From the NCBI GenBank assembly GCA_963719495.1, contig CAVRCI010000014.1, forward strand, positions 128,001-192,000: DNA of 64,000 bases. Direction: 5' to 3'. The translations under genes and the position numbers were made by a program. The notes under the pieces were generated by a model. It had not been told where the DNA came from, did no database searches, and worked only from the letters and a program-made list of their open reading frames with translations. Shown piece by piece: positions 1 through 12,346 of this stretch. Within the stretch, counting starts at the first letter, position 1. Every line of letters begins with the position of its first letter. The DNA is from an uncultured Verrucomicrobiae bacterium. GTDB taxonomy: Bacteria > Verrucomicrobiota > Verrucomicrobiia > Chthoniobacterales > JAATET01.

Positions 1-2065
1 CCAGCCGCAGGAGGGAGTCGAGGCGGACGCTGTCGGCGCGGAAGCTGCCCGACAACAGCTCGATGCCTACCAGCACGCCGCTCGTTTCCGAGCGGATCGT
101 AACGTCGTTAGCCGTGACATCCCCGCCGTTGATGCGGAGCAACGAAATGTCGTTCAGGTCGAGCGTTCCGAAGTCGGCCGTGCCGCCGGCCAGAACCTCG
201 GTGAATCCGCGAGGGGACAGAGACGACGACTGCGAGAGCTCGGTGGAGTCGGAACGGACGGTCCCGCCGGCCCCGATGGTGAAACTGCCGGACCCGGAGA
301 CGAGCCGTTCGGCGGAAAGGACGCTGCGGCCGAGCGTGTCGAGCACCGCACTGCGAACGTCCACGACGGTGGTCGCGTTGAACGTCGCCTGGCTGCCCTG
401 GGTGGAGTCGAGGGTCGAGTGGGCCAGGGTCGAGCCGTTGAGCACCTGGACGTCGAATCGCGCGTTGTCGGGGTTCGGGTCGGTGGTGGTGGCGCCGTAG
501 AGACCGTTGCCCACCGCCAGGCTGCTTCCGGTGTTGAGCGTCAGCCGATCCGGTGCGGGAGTCTGATCGATCCGGTTGCTGCGGGCGAGGTCGAGTTCGC
601 GCACCTCGCCGGTCGAGCCGCCTGTGAGCGAGAAAATCAATGCGCCGGATCCCTCCCCGCCGCGCACCAGGTTGGCGAAGAAGGTGGATCCGCCGATGAG
701 ATTGATGGCGCCGCTGGCTCCGTTTGCTGCGAGCGACAGGCCGTCGAAGCGCACGTGCGAGCCCCCGCTCGCCTCGAGGCCGCCGCTGAATCCGTTGCCT
801 TGCCCGATCGCCGAGGAGCCGCCGGCGATGAGGGTGGCCCCGTCCTCCACGGTCAATCGCGCGCCGTGCTGGGGAAGCGTGATGAAGTTGAAGCGATCGA
901 TCTGTGCGGCGATGTTGAGCTGGCCGGTGTCGAGCGTGGCGTCGCCGTCGAAGTTCAGCAGGCGGACGGTGGTGAAGGTCCCGCCGACGTTGCCGCTGTT
1001 GGTCGCTCCGATGGTGACGTCCAAGGTCGACAGCAAGCCTTCGGGCATCAGGATCATCGACGCGTTGCCACCGAAGCGCAGGCGCTGCACGCTCGTGCCG
1101 TCGAAGATTCGCAGCCCGCCGGGGTTGATGATGGAGCGTTCGATGACGACCAGGTCGGTCCCGCTCGGGACGCGTCCGGGGGACCAGTTGCGCGAGTCGC
1201 CGAAGAACCGCGGGTTCACGACCGGCGAGTCGCCGGTGTAGAAGACGGTGGATTGCCCGTGGGCCGGTGCGGCAACGGACAAGGCAGCGGCGGCGAGCGC
1301 GACGGCGGGGGCGAGGCCCCGAAGGATCGAGCTGGGTGGAGAGTTGGTTGAAGCTCGGCTGCGGAGGCGACGTCGCCGAGCCAGCAGCAGCGCGGCACCC
1401 AGCGCGAACAGCGCGGCGTTGGCGGGCTCGGGGACAGGGACGGGATTGATCGTGAGAGTCAGGGTGTCCACCGCGGGCGTATCGAAGTCCATGCCGACGA
1501 GGTAGGTCCAGGTGTAGGTGCCCGGCGTGAGGCCGAGGCTGCCGTAGGTCGCGCCAGTGTAGGTGCTGCCGCCCAACAGGGTCAGGCCGGAGGTGTAGCC
1601 CTGCGGCACGACCAATCCGAAATTCGGGCCGCTCCCCGGCACCGCGCTGGGGTTGAACGACAGGCCGAATACGTCGCCGGTGTTGAAGTCGGCATTGGTG
1701 ATGTCGCTGCCGTCGCCGAAGGACGCGGGGCCTCCGCCAAGGGTGGCGTAAACATCGGGGGCCACGGATTCACCCACCGCCCAGAGGGGTAGGTTGGGCA
1801 GGATGCCGCCCCCGAGCGGCCCCGATGGCATCGCCGCCACTTCGGGAAGGTCCAGCGACCCGCCGCCGGTGAAGACGACGTCGTTGCCGACCTGATTGAC
1901 GCTGACGAGGACTGCGGCCGAGGCGGGTGCGGGGAGCAGCAGGCTCAGCATCCCGAGGATCGTGCCGACGGAGAGTGAGCGAAAGCGGGTGAAGGGGCTG
2001 GAGGTTTCCTGCGCCCCCCGGGGGGTGGCGAAGCAGGGGGCGAGGATCTGTTTTGTCTTTTTCAT
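1..2065 (-). CDS. Large secreted protein, runs off the left edge: signal peptide + PEP-CTERM-family domain + internal PEP-CTERM sorting signal + second signal peptide + G/S/T-rich beta-helix/autotransporter-like passenger
   Basis: Translated by hand: ATG at 2065 (MKKTKQILAP...) with no in-frame stop down to base 1, so absent from the ORF track. Contains VLVSVNQVGNDVVFTGGGSLDL...GLTPGTYTW, then VPEPANAALFALGAALLLARRRRLR (1435-1361), then ILRGLAPAVALAAAALSVAAPAHG|QS. Confidence 0.85.
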   Translation of the reverse strand, partial: MKKTKQILAPCFATPRGAQETSSPFTRFRSLSVGTILGMLSLLLPAPASAAVLVSVNQVGNDVVFTGGGSLDLPEVAAMPSGPLGGGILPNLPLWAVGESVAPDVYATLGGGPASFGDGSDITNADFNTGDVFGLSFNPSAVPGSGPNFGLVVPQGYTSGLTLLGGSTYTGATYGSLGLTPGTYTWTYLVGMDFDTPAVDTLTLTINPVPVPEPANAALFALGAALLLARRRRLRSRASTNSPPSSILRGLAPAVALAAAALSVAAPAHGQSTVFYTGDSPVVNPRFFGDSRNWSPGRVPSGTDLVVIERSIINPGGLRIFDGTSVQRLRFGGNASMILMPEGLLSTLDVTIGATNSGNVGGTFTTVRLLNFDGDATLDTGQLNIAAQIDRFNFITLPQHGARLTVEDGATLIAGGSSAIGQGNGFSGGLEASGGSHVRFDGLSLAANGASGAINLIGGSTFFANLVRGGEGSGALIFSLTGGSTGEVRELDLARSNRIDQTPAPDRLTLNTGSSLAVGNGLYGATTTDPNPDNARFDVQVLNGSTLAHSTLDSTQGSQATFNATTVVDVRSAVLDTLGRSVLSAERLVSGSGSFTIGAGGTVRSDSTELSQSSSLSPRGFTEVLAGGTADFGTLDLNDISLLRINGGDVTANDVTIRSETSGVLVGIELLSGSFRADSVRLDSLLRL

Positions 2066-2207
2066 TTGGGCATTTTTTCGAGGTTGCTGCGGCATGTTTA
2101 CTAATCGGTATAGTATAGAGCTCGACTTACAAATTTTTTCGTCGAAGAAATTGCGTGTAAGCTCGAAAAATAAAGTCATCGGGGGCATAAATCGCCGACC
2201 ACGAATG

Positions 2208-2223
2208 TCGACTAGTCAGTCGA
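2208..2223. promoter_or_regulatory. Candidate TetR operator, palindrome TCGACT-N4-AGTCGA
   Basis: Perfect 6-bp inverted repeat 27 bp upstream of the first tetR. A second imperfect one, TACTA-N7-TAGTA, lies at 2099-2115. Confidence 0.45.
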
Positions 2224-2250
2224 GTTCTTTGGTGCGATGGTCTTCGCTTC

Positions 2251-2832
2251 ATGTCCCTCAAGCGCGAGCAAACCCTTCAGTCCGCCCGAAGGCTCTTCCT
2301 CGCGAACGGGTTCCACAAGACCAGCGTGGACGCGATTGCCGCGGACGCCGGGACCACCAAGATGACGGTTTACGCGCACTTCAAGACGAAGGACAATCTC
2401 ATCATCGAAGTCCTGCGGGAGGTTAGTGCGCTAACCCGCGGCGGGCTGCAGCGGGAACTGGCAAAACGCGCCGCGACGCCGCGGGAGCGCATTCTGGCGA
2501 CGTTCGACGTGATGGGCGAAGAGTTCGGGCGGCCGGATTTCCGGGGTTCGCTCTTCACGAATGCCGCGTCCGAGTTCACCGGACTCAACGAGCCGATCCT
2601 GGCGGCGGTCGCCAATCACAACGCGCTCGTGCAAGCGGACCTGGCCACGCTCTGTCAGGAAGCCGGAGCGGACCACCCGATCGAGCTGGCCGATCAGCTT
2701 TATTTTCTGATCGAAGGTGCCGCGGTGATGGCGCAAATTCGCCGGGAATCCAATCCGGCCGCGCTCGCCCGGCGATCCGCCGAAACCCTCCTCAATGCCA
2801 GCCTGCCAGCCCGCAAACGATTGAAGCCATGA
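2251..2832 (+). CDS. TetR/AcrR-family transcriptional regulator
   Basis: N-terminal HTH ARRLFLANGFHKTSVDAIAADAGTTKMTVYAHFKTK. Confidence 0.93.
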   Translation: MSLKREQTLQSARRLFLANGFHKTSVDAIAADAGTTKMTVYAHFKTKDNLIIEVLREVSALTRGGLQRELAKRAATPRERILATFDVMGEEFGRPDFRGSLFTNAASEFTGLNEPILAAVANHNALVQADLATLCQEAGADHPIELADQLYFLIEGAAVMAQIRRESNPAALARRSAETLLNASLPARKRLKP

Positions 2833-3401
2833 CGACGGAAACTCCCGATTCACCCCAAGCGTCCCTCTTCCAAGCCGCCGGGCGGCTTTTCAACGAAGGC
2901 AGTTACCAAAGCGTCACCATCGAGGAACTGATCACCGCCGCCGGGGTGAGCCGGACGGTATTCGACGCGCTCTTCGAGACGAAGGAAGATCTCATCGTCG
3001 CCTACCTGGAGGATCGGGACCGGATGCTGCGCGGCTATTTTTTCACCGAGGTCACCAAGCGCGGCCACGACGACCCCCGCGCGACGTTGCTCGCGCTCTT
3101 CGACGTGCTGGGCGAATGGTTCCGCGACGAATCCTTCTACGGCTGCATCTTTTCCAACGCGTGCAGCGAATACGGACAGGGCGACCACCCGGTCCACCAG
3201 GTCGCGGCGCGGCACAAGAAGCGCTTCCGGGATTTCATCCTCGCCCGCGTCGAAGAAATCGGCTTCGACGATCCCGAGCAGAAGGCCGACGAGATCACCT
3301 TTCTCATGGAGGGTGCCATCATCACCGCGCACATCCGTCGCGACGCCCGCACCGCCCAGTCCGCCCGCAAGGCGGCGGAGGTCCTCTTGGGCGGGACGTA
3401 G
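2829..3401 (+). CDS. TetR/AcrR-family transcriptional regulator (paralog, ATGA-coupled to the first)
   Basis: AAGRLFNEGSYQSVTIEELITAAGVSRTVF HTH; C-terminal FYGCIFSNA motif. Confidence 0.9.
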   Translation: MTTETPDSPQASLFQAAGRLFNEGSYQSVTIEELITAAGVSRTVFDALFETKEDLIVAYLEDRDRMLRGYFFTEVTKRGHDDPRATLLALFDVLGEWFRDESFYGCIFSNACSEYGQGDHPVHQVAARHKKRFRDFILARVEEIGFDDPEQKADEITFLMEGAIITAHIRRDARTAQSARKAAEVLLGGT

Positions 3402-3594
3402 TCGAACGCCATCAAGGAGGTGGTTGTAGTTTGTCGATGGGCTTGGCGACTTTTTGGATTCGCAAAGGAAAGTTCGCCCGTCCGTTTCGAGATGGGGAAC
3501 GGCTCGATCCCGGAGTCTGCCTCGTTCCGTGGTCTGGCTGTCGGCTTGCTCTGGTGTTGGATACTCCCGTGAAGCCGCGAAGAATCCCCGCCGA

Positions 3595-5202
3595 TCAATC
3601 GACCCCGCCGCGTCCCGGCGGAGTCGCTCGCTGGCTGAGGATGCGGAAGTAGGGGTTGGAATAGACGAGGGTGAAGTCGGGGAGGGTGGCGGGTCGTTGG
3701 AAGAGGGGGGTGGCCAGGACGTTGGGCGTTGGGGATTCGTCGAGGAGGATGCTGGAGGTCGAGATGAGGCGGTCGGGTTCGTAGGCGATGACGTAGCGGA
3801 CCTCGCGGCGGGCGAGGATGGCGAGGGCGTCGGCGGGATTTTTCGCCAAGTAGAAACGCGCGGTGTCGACGATGCCGGGGAGGCTCTGGTGGGAACTGCC
3901 GCCGACGCAGGGCTGACCCGACCAATACGCGATGGCGGGGCAGAGCCACCACGGGGCGAGGATCGGGGTGGTTTCGGTGGAGACGAGGGCGGTGGCCGCT
4001 TGGCGGAGGAGGATGTTTTCGGTGCGCTGGTCTTCGAGGGCGGCCTGGGCGGCGGGGGGCGGGTAGAGTTTGGTGTCCCAGGCGGAGAGAATGGGGAGGA
4101 GGCTGAGGGTGAAGATCGTGTAAGCGGCGAGGCGGGACGGGATGGCGACGAGGGCGGTTGGGAGGAGGAGGGCGGTGAAGGTGATGGCGAAGGGGGCCCA
4201 GCGGATTTGCCATGCGGTTAGGGCGAGGGTGGCGAGCGCTAGCGCGATGAGGAGGGGTGAATGGTGAATGGTGACTAGTGAATGGTGGGATGCGGGTGAG
4301 GCTTTCTGGCGAATTGTGCGCCAGATCGCGAGAGGCACGACTAGCGGGATGAGGTAGCCGAACCAGGCGAACCATCGGGTGGAGAGGATTGGGACTTGGC
4401 GGAGTTCGGCCAGGAGGGTGGCCCATCTTGGGAAGTATTCTCCGACTTCGGGCGGGAGGGGGCGGATTCGCCAGCCGTCGAAGAGGACCGCGACGGCGAG
4501 AACGGAGAGGGTAATGGCTGCGGCTAGGAGAAATGACCTCCTGCCGCTGACCTCCGACTTCTGGCCCGGGATGAGGCGGCTCAGGAGGACGAGGGTGAGG
4601 ATGATGACTGGCTCGAAGAGGGTGACCCAGAGGGCTGCGCCCCAGATGAGGCCCCAGGCGAGGGTCCAGGGTCGGGAGCGCGTGCGGCGGAGGGAGATCT
4701 CGGCGGCCAGGCCGGCGGCGAGGAGGGCGAGGGTGAGGGATTGGTGGTCGGGGCGGCCGATTTCGAAGGCTTGGACGACGATCGGGGAGGCCGCGAGGAT
4801 GAGGAGGGCGGGGAAGCGGTAGGGCCATTTCTCCCGGCCCATCCAGACCCAGAGGAAGGTGAGGAGGGCGAGGGAGAGGAGCGGGGAGATCCAGGCTCCG
4901 GCGAGTTCCATCGGGTCGGCGGTGAAGGGCGAGAGGGCGACCGTGAGCCCGGCGATGAGGAGGTCGAAGGGGGCGGTGGTGTGGGGGTCGGTGCCGGCGG
5001 GATGGTTTTCGAACTCGTGATGGTCGATGCGGGTGAACGGGTGCTCGAGGACTCGCTGGACGCGGGTCATTCGCGAGTAGCAATCGGCGTCGATGAAGTA
5101 GATGTCGCCGCCGACGAAGACTTCGTCGCGGTTCGCGGTGGTGGCTGCGAGGTTGAGCGCGAGGAGGATGACCAGAAGGGCGATGGAGCGGGCGGTTCGC
5201 AC
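3595..5202 (-). CDS. STT3/AglB-like (GT-C) membrane oligosaccharyl/glycosyltransferase
   Basis: DADCYSRMTR early loop, RPDHQ motif, many TM helices, and C-terminal ILAPWWLCPAIAYW at the position of the WWDxG motif. Confidence 0.65.
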   Translation of the reverse strand: MRTARSIALLVILLALNLAATTANRDEVFVGGDIYFIDADCYSRMTRVQRVLEHPFTRIDHHEFENHPAGTDPHTTAPFDLLIAGLTVALSPFTADPMELAGAWISPLLSLALLTFLWVWMGREKWPYRFPALLILAASPIVVQAFEIGRPDHQSLTLALLAAGLAAEISLRRTRSRPWTLAWGLIWGAALWVTLFEPVIILTLVLLSRLIPGQKSEVSGRRSFLLAAAITLSVLAVAVLFDGWRIRPLPPEVGEYFPRWATLLAELRQVPILSTRWFAWFGYLIPLVVPLAIWRTIRQKASPASHHSLVTIHHSPLLIALALATLALTAWQIRWAPFAITFTALLLPTALVAIPSRLAAYTIFTLSLLPILSAWDTKLYPPPAAQAALEDQRTENILLRQAATALVSTETTPILAPWWLCPAIAYWSGQPCVGGSSHQSLPGIVDTARFYLAKNPADALAILARREVRYVIAYEPDRLISTSSILLDESPTPNVLATPLFQRPATLPDFTLVYSNPYFRILSQRATPPGRGGVD

Positions 5203-5334
5203 GGCGGTGGGAGTTTGGTCGAATCGCGCGGGTGGTGTCGATATGTTGCGTTGCGCGGGGCGCGAAACTCTAGGCGTTGTGTTTTGGGGCGCTGACGACT
5301 CGGGATTTTCTGTTGTGTCGCGGGTTTCCGCTGA

Positions 5335-7968
<2,634 letters not shown>

Positions 7969-8401
7969 AGCCAACTAAACGGGATTAACTGGATTTACAG
8001 GATTGGAAAATACGGAGCTTAGCGGGAGGGTGATTGGGTGCGCCATGGCGGTGCATCGTGAGCTGGGCCCGGGTTTTCTGGAGTCGGTCTATAAGAATTC
8101 ATTAGTCCTTGAGTTGCGCGAAGCAGGCTTGGAAGTCGAAATCGAAAAGCGGATTTCGGTATTTTATATGGGCGTCGTTGTTGGAGAGTTTTTGGTCGAT
8201 TTATTCGTCGGAGGCCATTTGGTCATTGAATTGAAAGCCAACGCGTCCATCGGGAAAATGGATGAAATCCAAGTCGTCAATTATCTCAACGCGACGCGTC
8301 AAAAATTCGGATTGTCGCTGAATTTTGGTGCTTCCTCGCTCGAATTCAAACGCAAGTATTCGAAGGGAAATAATCCTGAAAATCCTGTCAATCCTGTCTA
8401 A
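7969..8401. repeat. Inverted 9-bp-period repeat arms (ACAGGATTN x3 ... AATCCTGNN x3) enclosing the GxxExxY gene
   Basis: Left arm 7969-8004 agccaactaaacgggattaactggatttacaggatt; right arm 8372-8400 aatcctgaaaatcctgtcaatcctgtcta. Confidence 0.75.
8003..8401 (+). CDS. GxxExxY protein (PD-(D/E)XK-like)
   Basis: VHRELGPGFLESVY, D..V...VIELKA, LNFG motifs; TTG start. Confidence 0.9.
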   Translation: MENTELSGRVIGCAMAVHRELGPGFLESVYKNSLVLELREAGLEVEIEKRISVFYMGVVVGEFLVDLFVGGHLVIELKANASIGKMDEIQVVNYLNATRQKFGLSLNFGASSLEFKRKYSKGNNPENPVNPV

Positions 8402-8407
8402 AACGCC

Positions 8408-11005
8408 ATGTTTCACCTGAACGAAAAAGTTGAGAAGATCGATGTCTCGAAGGAGATGTCGACTTCGTTTCTCGACTACTCGATGTCGGTCATTATTTCC
8501 CGGGCTTTGCCCGATGCCCGGGATGGTCTGAAGCCTTCGCAGCGCCGAATTCTCTTTGCCATGAACGATCTCGGCGTGCAGCCGAATCGGAAACACCTCA
8601 AGTGCGCGAAGATCGTCGGTGAGACGATGGGTAACTATCACCCGCACGGCGATCAGGCGATCTACCCGACGCTCGTTCACATGGCGCAGCCTTGGGCGAT
8701 GCGGGAGATGCTCGTGGACGGGCAGGGCAATTTTGGTTCGGTCGAAGGCGATCCGCCGGCGTCGATGCGTTACACCGAGGCCCGGTTGCGGCACCTCGGC
8801 GCGGCGCTGATGACGGACATGGACAAGGACACCGTGGATTTCGTCAACAACTACGACGAGACCCGGCAGGAGCCGACCGTTTTCCCGGCGGCGTTCCCGA
8901 ATCTCTTAGTCAATGGCGGCACCGGTATCGCGGTCGGCATGGCGACGAACATTCCGCCGCATAATCTGGGCGAGCTGATCGAGGGCATCTTCGCACAGAT
9001 CGACAATCCCGACATCACGCTGGACGAACTGATGGTTCACATCAAGGGACCGGATTTCCCGACGGGCTGCATCATCCAGGGCGGGGCCGGCATTCGGTCC
9101 TACTTCGAGGGCGGCAAGGGGTCGGTGCGCGTGCGGGGTCGGATGGCGCTCACCGAGGTGAAGGGCGGCCGGGAGCAGATGATCGTTTCCGAGATTCCTT
9201 ACGGCGTGAACCGGGCGGAGTTGGTGAAGCGGATTGCGGCTTTGGTGAACGACAAAATCCTCACCGGGATTTCCGACGTCCGGGACGAGTCGGACGAGAA
9301 CACGCGGGTCGTGATCGATCTCAAGCGGGACGCGAATCCGAAGATTCTTCAGAACATGCTGTATAAGCACACGGCGCTCGAGAATTCGTTCAGCGTCGCG
9401 ATGCTGGCGATCGACCGGGGCAAGCCGCGGCTGCTTTCGCTCAAGGATGCGCTCACGGCCTACATCGAGCATCGGCGCGAGGTGATTCTGCGTCGGACGC
9501 GCTATTTGCTCCGGGAAGCGGAGAAGGATGCCGAGCGGCTCGAGGCCTTGCTCGTCGCGTTGGCGAACCTCGATGATTTCATCAAGATCATTCGCGATTC
9601 CAATGACCGCGAGCACGCCAAGCAGCGGTTGCTGGCGCTGGAATGGACGCAGAAGGCGGTCGAGCAGATCGGGGTGCTGATCACCGATCCGGCGAAGATC
9701 GTCGACGGGAAGTATAAGTTCAACGAGCGGCAGGCGCTCGCAATTTTGGATCTGCGTTTGTATCAGCTCACCGGGCTCGAGCAGGACGCGATCAAGACCG
9801 AATACGACAAGCTACTCGATAAGATCAAAGACCTCCTCGACATCCTGGCTAAGGAGGCGCGCGTGCTGGCGATCATCAAGGGTGAGCTGACGGAGATTAA
9901 GGAGAAATACGCGGGTCCGCGGTTGACCGCGATCGTGCCGGACGAGGGCGAGATCAACATGGAGGACCTCATCGCGAACGAGGGCTGCATCATTACGATC
10001 ACGCACAAAGGGTTCATCAAGCGAACGGCGGTGAGCGCCTACCGGGCGCAGCGGCGCGGCGGGAAGGGCGTGATCGGCATGGCGACGCGCGAGGCGGCGC
10101 ACGAGGACGAGGCGGATGATTTCGTCGAGCACCTTTTCACGGCCAGCACGCACGATTACCTGATGTTTTTCACGAAGACGGGGCGGGTTTACGTGGAGAA
10201 GGTTTACGAGATTCCGGAAATGGGGCGGGCGTCGAAGGGGCGTTCGATTGCGAATTTGCTGAGTCTGCAGTCGGGCGAGAAGATCGCGGCGACGTTGCGG
10301 ATTCAGGCGAAGATCACGGGCGTGGGTGCCGCGGCGGTGGATTCGACCTGGACCGATGAGAATTCGATCTTCTTCACGACCCGGACCGGTGTGGTGAAGA
10401 AGACGACGCTTTCGAAATTCTCGAACATTCGCTCGGGTGGAATCATTGCGATCAAGATCGAGGACGGGAACGAGCTGATCGACGTAAGGCTGACCGACGG
10501 GAACAGCGAGATCGTGCTGGTGACCCGCAAGGGGATCAGCATCCGCTTCGAGGAGGGGCAGCTCCGGGATCAGGGTCGCGACACGGTTGGCGTGTGGGGC
10601 ATCCGGCTCGGCTCGGGTGACGAGGTGATTGGCGCGGCATTGGTCGTGCCGAACGCGGCGTTGTTGGTTGCTGGCGAAAACGGAATTGGGAAGCGAACGA
10701 CCTTCGACGAATACCGGCTGCAATCGCGGGGTGGCAAGGGGATCATCACGATGAAGACCGGGGATAAGACCGGCCTGGTCGTGGGGGCGCTGACCGTGAG
10801 CGATCCGGATGAGATCATGCTCATCACGAGTGCGGGTCAGATGGTGCGGACGCGGGTGTCGGAGATTCGCGAGGTCGGGCGGAACACGATGGGTGTGCGG
10901 CTGATGAACTTTGCCGCGAAGGAGAAACTGCAGGCGATCGCGCCGGTGGTGAGCACGGCGGCGGAGGAAGAGGCTGGGGGCGAGGGGCCTAGCCTTGGGT
11001 TGTGA
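8408..11005 (+). CDS. gyrA: DNA gyrase subunit A
   Basis: [18 protein letters not shown], catalytic SMRYTE, GyrA-box QRRGGKG. Confidence 0.97.
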   Translation: MFHLNEKVEKIDVSKEMSTSFLDYSMSVIISRALPDARDGLKPSQRRILFAMNDLGVQPNRKHLKCAKIVGETMGNYHPHGDQAIYPTLVHMAQPWAMREMLVDGQGNFGSVEGDPPASMRYTEARLRHLGAALMTDMDKDTVDFVNNYDETRQEPTVFPAAFPNLLVNGGTGIAVGMATNIPPHNLGELIEGIFAQIDNPDITLDELMVHIKGPDFPTGCIIQGGAGIRSYFEGGKGSVRVRGRMALTEVKGGREQMIVSEIPYGVNRAELVKRIAALVNDKILTGISDVRDESDENTRVVIDLKRDANPKILQNMLYKHTALENSFSVAMLAIDRGKPRLLSLKDALTAYIEHRREVILRRTRYLLREAEKDAERLEALLVALANLDDFIKIIRDSNDREHAKQRLLALEWTQKAVEQIGVLITDPAKIVDGKYKFNERQALAILDLRLYQLTGLEQDAIKTEYDKLLDKIKDLLDILAKEARVLAIIKGELTEIKEKYAGPRLTAIVPDEGEINMEDLIANEGCIITITHKGFIKRTAVSAYRAQRRGGKGVIGMATREAAHEDEADDFVEHLFTASTHDYLMFFTKTGRVYVEKVYEIPEMGRASKGRSIANLLSLQSGEKIAATLRIQAKITGVGAAAVDSTWTDENSIFFTTRTGVVKKTTLSKFSNIRSGGIIAIKIEDGNELIDVRLTDGNSEIVLVTRKGISIRFEEGQLRDQGRDTVGVWGIRLGSGDEVIGAALVVPNAALLVAGENGIGKRTTFDEYRLQSRGGKGIITMKTGDKTGLVVGALTVSDPDEIMLITSAGQMVRTRVSEIREVGRNTMGVRLMNFAAKEKLQAIAPVVSTAAEEEAGGEGPSLGL

Positions 11006-11058
11006 CGGCGGTTTCCGACGATCTACGTCGAGCGGCTTTTCTCGGGCTTAGCCAACTA

Positions 11059-12224
11059 GTGTGGCGTCCAGTAATTGAGTATAAAAAACCTCAAGCGTGA
11101 GTTTCGGCGAGTTTTTGACGTGCGCGCTGGATTTTTTGAAGGATGACTTCGCCCTGAGCACGCCAGCGGTAGGGCTTGGGATGGAGATTACGTTCGGCGA
11201 GGTAGTCTTCAATGTCGCGGACGAGTTCGCGCACGCTTTGAAAGCTACCGGCGCTGATCACGTCGGCGCTCAGATCGGCGAAGAAGCGTTCAACGAGATT
11301 GAGCCACGAACTACTCGTGGGAACGAAGTGAAGATGGAAGCGGGGGCGGCGCTTCAGCCAAGCCCGGACTTTCTCGTGTTTGTGAGTCCAGTAGTTGTCG
11401 ACAACGAGATGCACGTCGAGTTCGGACGGTGTCTCACGTTCGATTTGCTTGAGGAATCGAAGCCACTCGACATGGGTGTGGCGTTCTTCGGTGCGCGTGA
11501 AGAGCTTTCCGTCGAGGTAATCCAGCGCGGCGAAGAGCGTGATCGTGCCATGGCGTTTGTAGTCGTGGGTGCGGGTTCTGACCTGTCCGACCCCCAGTGG
11601 AAGCCCCGGTTGCGTGCGTTCCAGCGCTTGGCACTGACTTTTCTCGTCACAGCACAAGACCAAGGCCCGCTCGGGAGGATCGAGATACAGCCCGATGACG
11701 TCCCAGAATTTCTCTTCGAATTTTGGATCGGTGGAAACCTTGAAGGTCCGGGTGAGATGCGGCTTGAGATCGTTGGCGCGCCAGATCGCATTGACGCTGC
11801 CATGGGAAATGCCGACTTCCCGCGCCATCGAACGCACGCTCCAACGCGTTCTACCCTTAGGCGGACGAGTCACCTCTCCGATGACTTTTTCCACCTTCTC
11901 GCTAGCCAACCGAGGCTTGCGTCCTCGTCCCGGCCGATCAACCAACCCCGCCAGCCCTTCCTGGGAAAAACGCTTCGACCACTTGCTCACGCTCGGCAGA
12001 CTGATTCCCAGTTCCTCAGCTAAATCAACTTCCCTGATTCCCTCGGACCGCCGTAAGACGATCTCTGCCCTCACATGATCCCTCTTCGTCGTCGTCGGTG
12101 ATCGCACTCGATCCTCCAGAATTTTCCTTTCTTGCTCTGTCAACTCGAGTTCTTCGATCGGGCGGCTCATACCACACCGTGTCACCCTCAGATATTATTT
12201 CAACTCAATTACTGGACGGCACAC
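11059..12224 (-). mobile_element. IS630-family insertion sequence
   Basis: TIRs GTGTG(G/C)CGTCCAGTAATTGAGT at both ends; TA duplication at 11057-58 and 12225-26 (CTAG context). Confidence 0.92.
11091..12185 (-). CDS. IS630 transposase
   Basis: CCDEKSQCQAL, HDYKRHGT, VVDNY, SSWLNLVERFF; true start may be the MSRP ATG slightly downstream. Confidence 0.95.
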   Translation of the reverse strand: MTRCGMSRPIEELELTEQERKILEDRVRSPTTTKRDHVRAEIVLRRSEGIREVDLAEELGISLPSVSKWSKRFSQEGLAGLVDRPGRGRKPRLASEKVEKVIGEVTRPPKGRTRWSVRSMAREVGISHGSVNAIWRANDLKPHLTRTFKVSTDPKFEEKFWDVIGLYLDPPERALVLCCDEKSQCQALERTQPGLPLGVGQVRTRTHDYKRHGTITLFAALDYLDGKLFTRTEERHTHVEWLRFLKQIERETPSELDVHLVVDNYWTHKHEKVRAWLKRRPRFHLHFVPTSSSWLNLVERFFADLSADVISAGSFQSVRELVRDIEDYLAERNLHPKPYRWRAQGEVILQKIQRARQKLAETHA

Positions 12225-12321
12225 TAGACAGGATTAACTCGATTGGGAATGAAGGGTCTGAAGTTCCCTCTGAAAAAATCCTGTTAATCCTGTAAATCGA
12301 GTTCATCGCGTTTAGTTGGCT
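12225..12321. repeat. Empty copy of the ACAGGATT/AATCCTGT palindromic element (left arm split by IS630)
   Basis: agccaacTA|gacaggattaact ... aatcctgttaatcctgt ... gtttagttggct. Confidence 0.7.
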
Positions 12322-12346
12322 GAGGGGTTCGTTGGCACGAGCGGCT

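Noticed and set aside
63..2426. Plus-strand ORFs in the track over 63-2426
   Set aside because: Antisense shadows of the long minus-strand ORF with no recognisable motifs.
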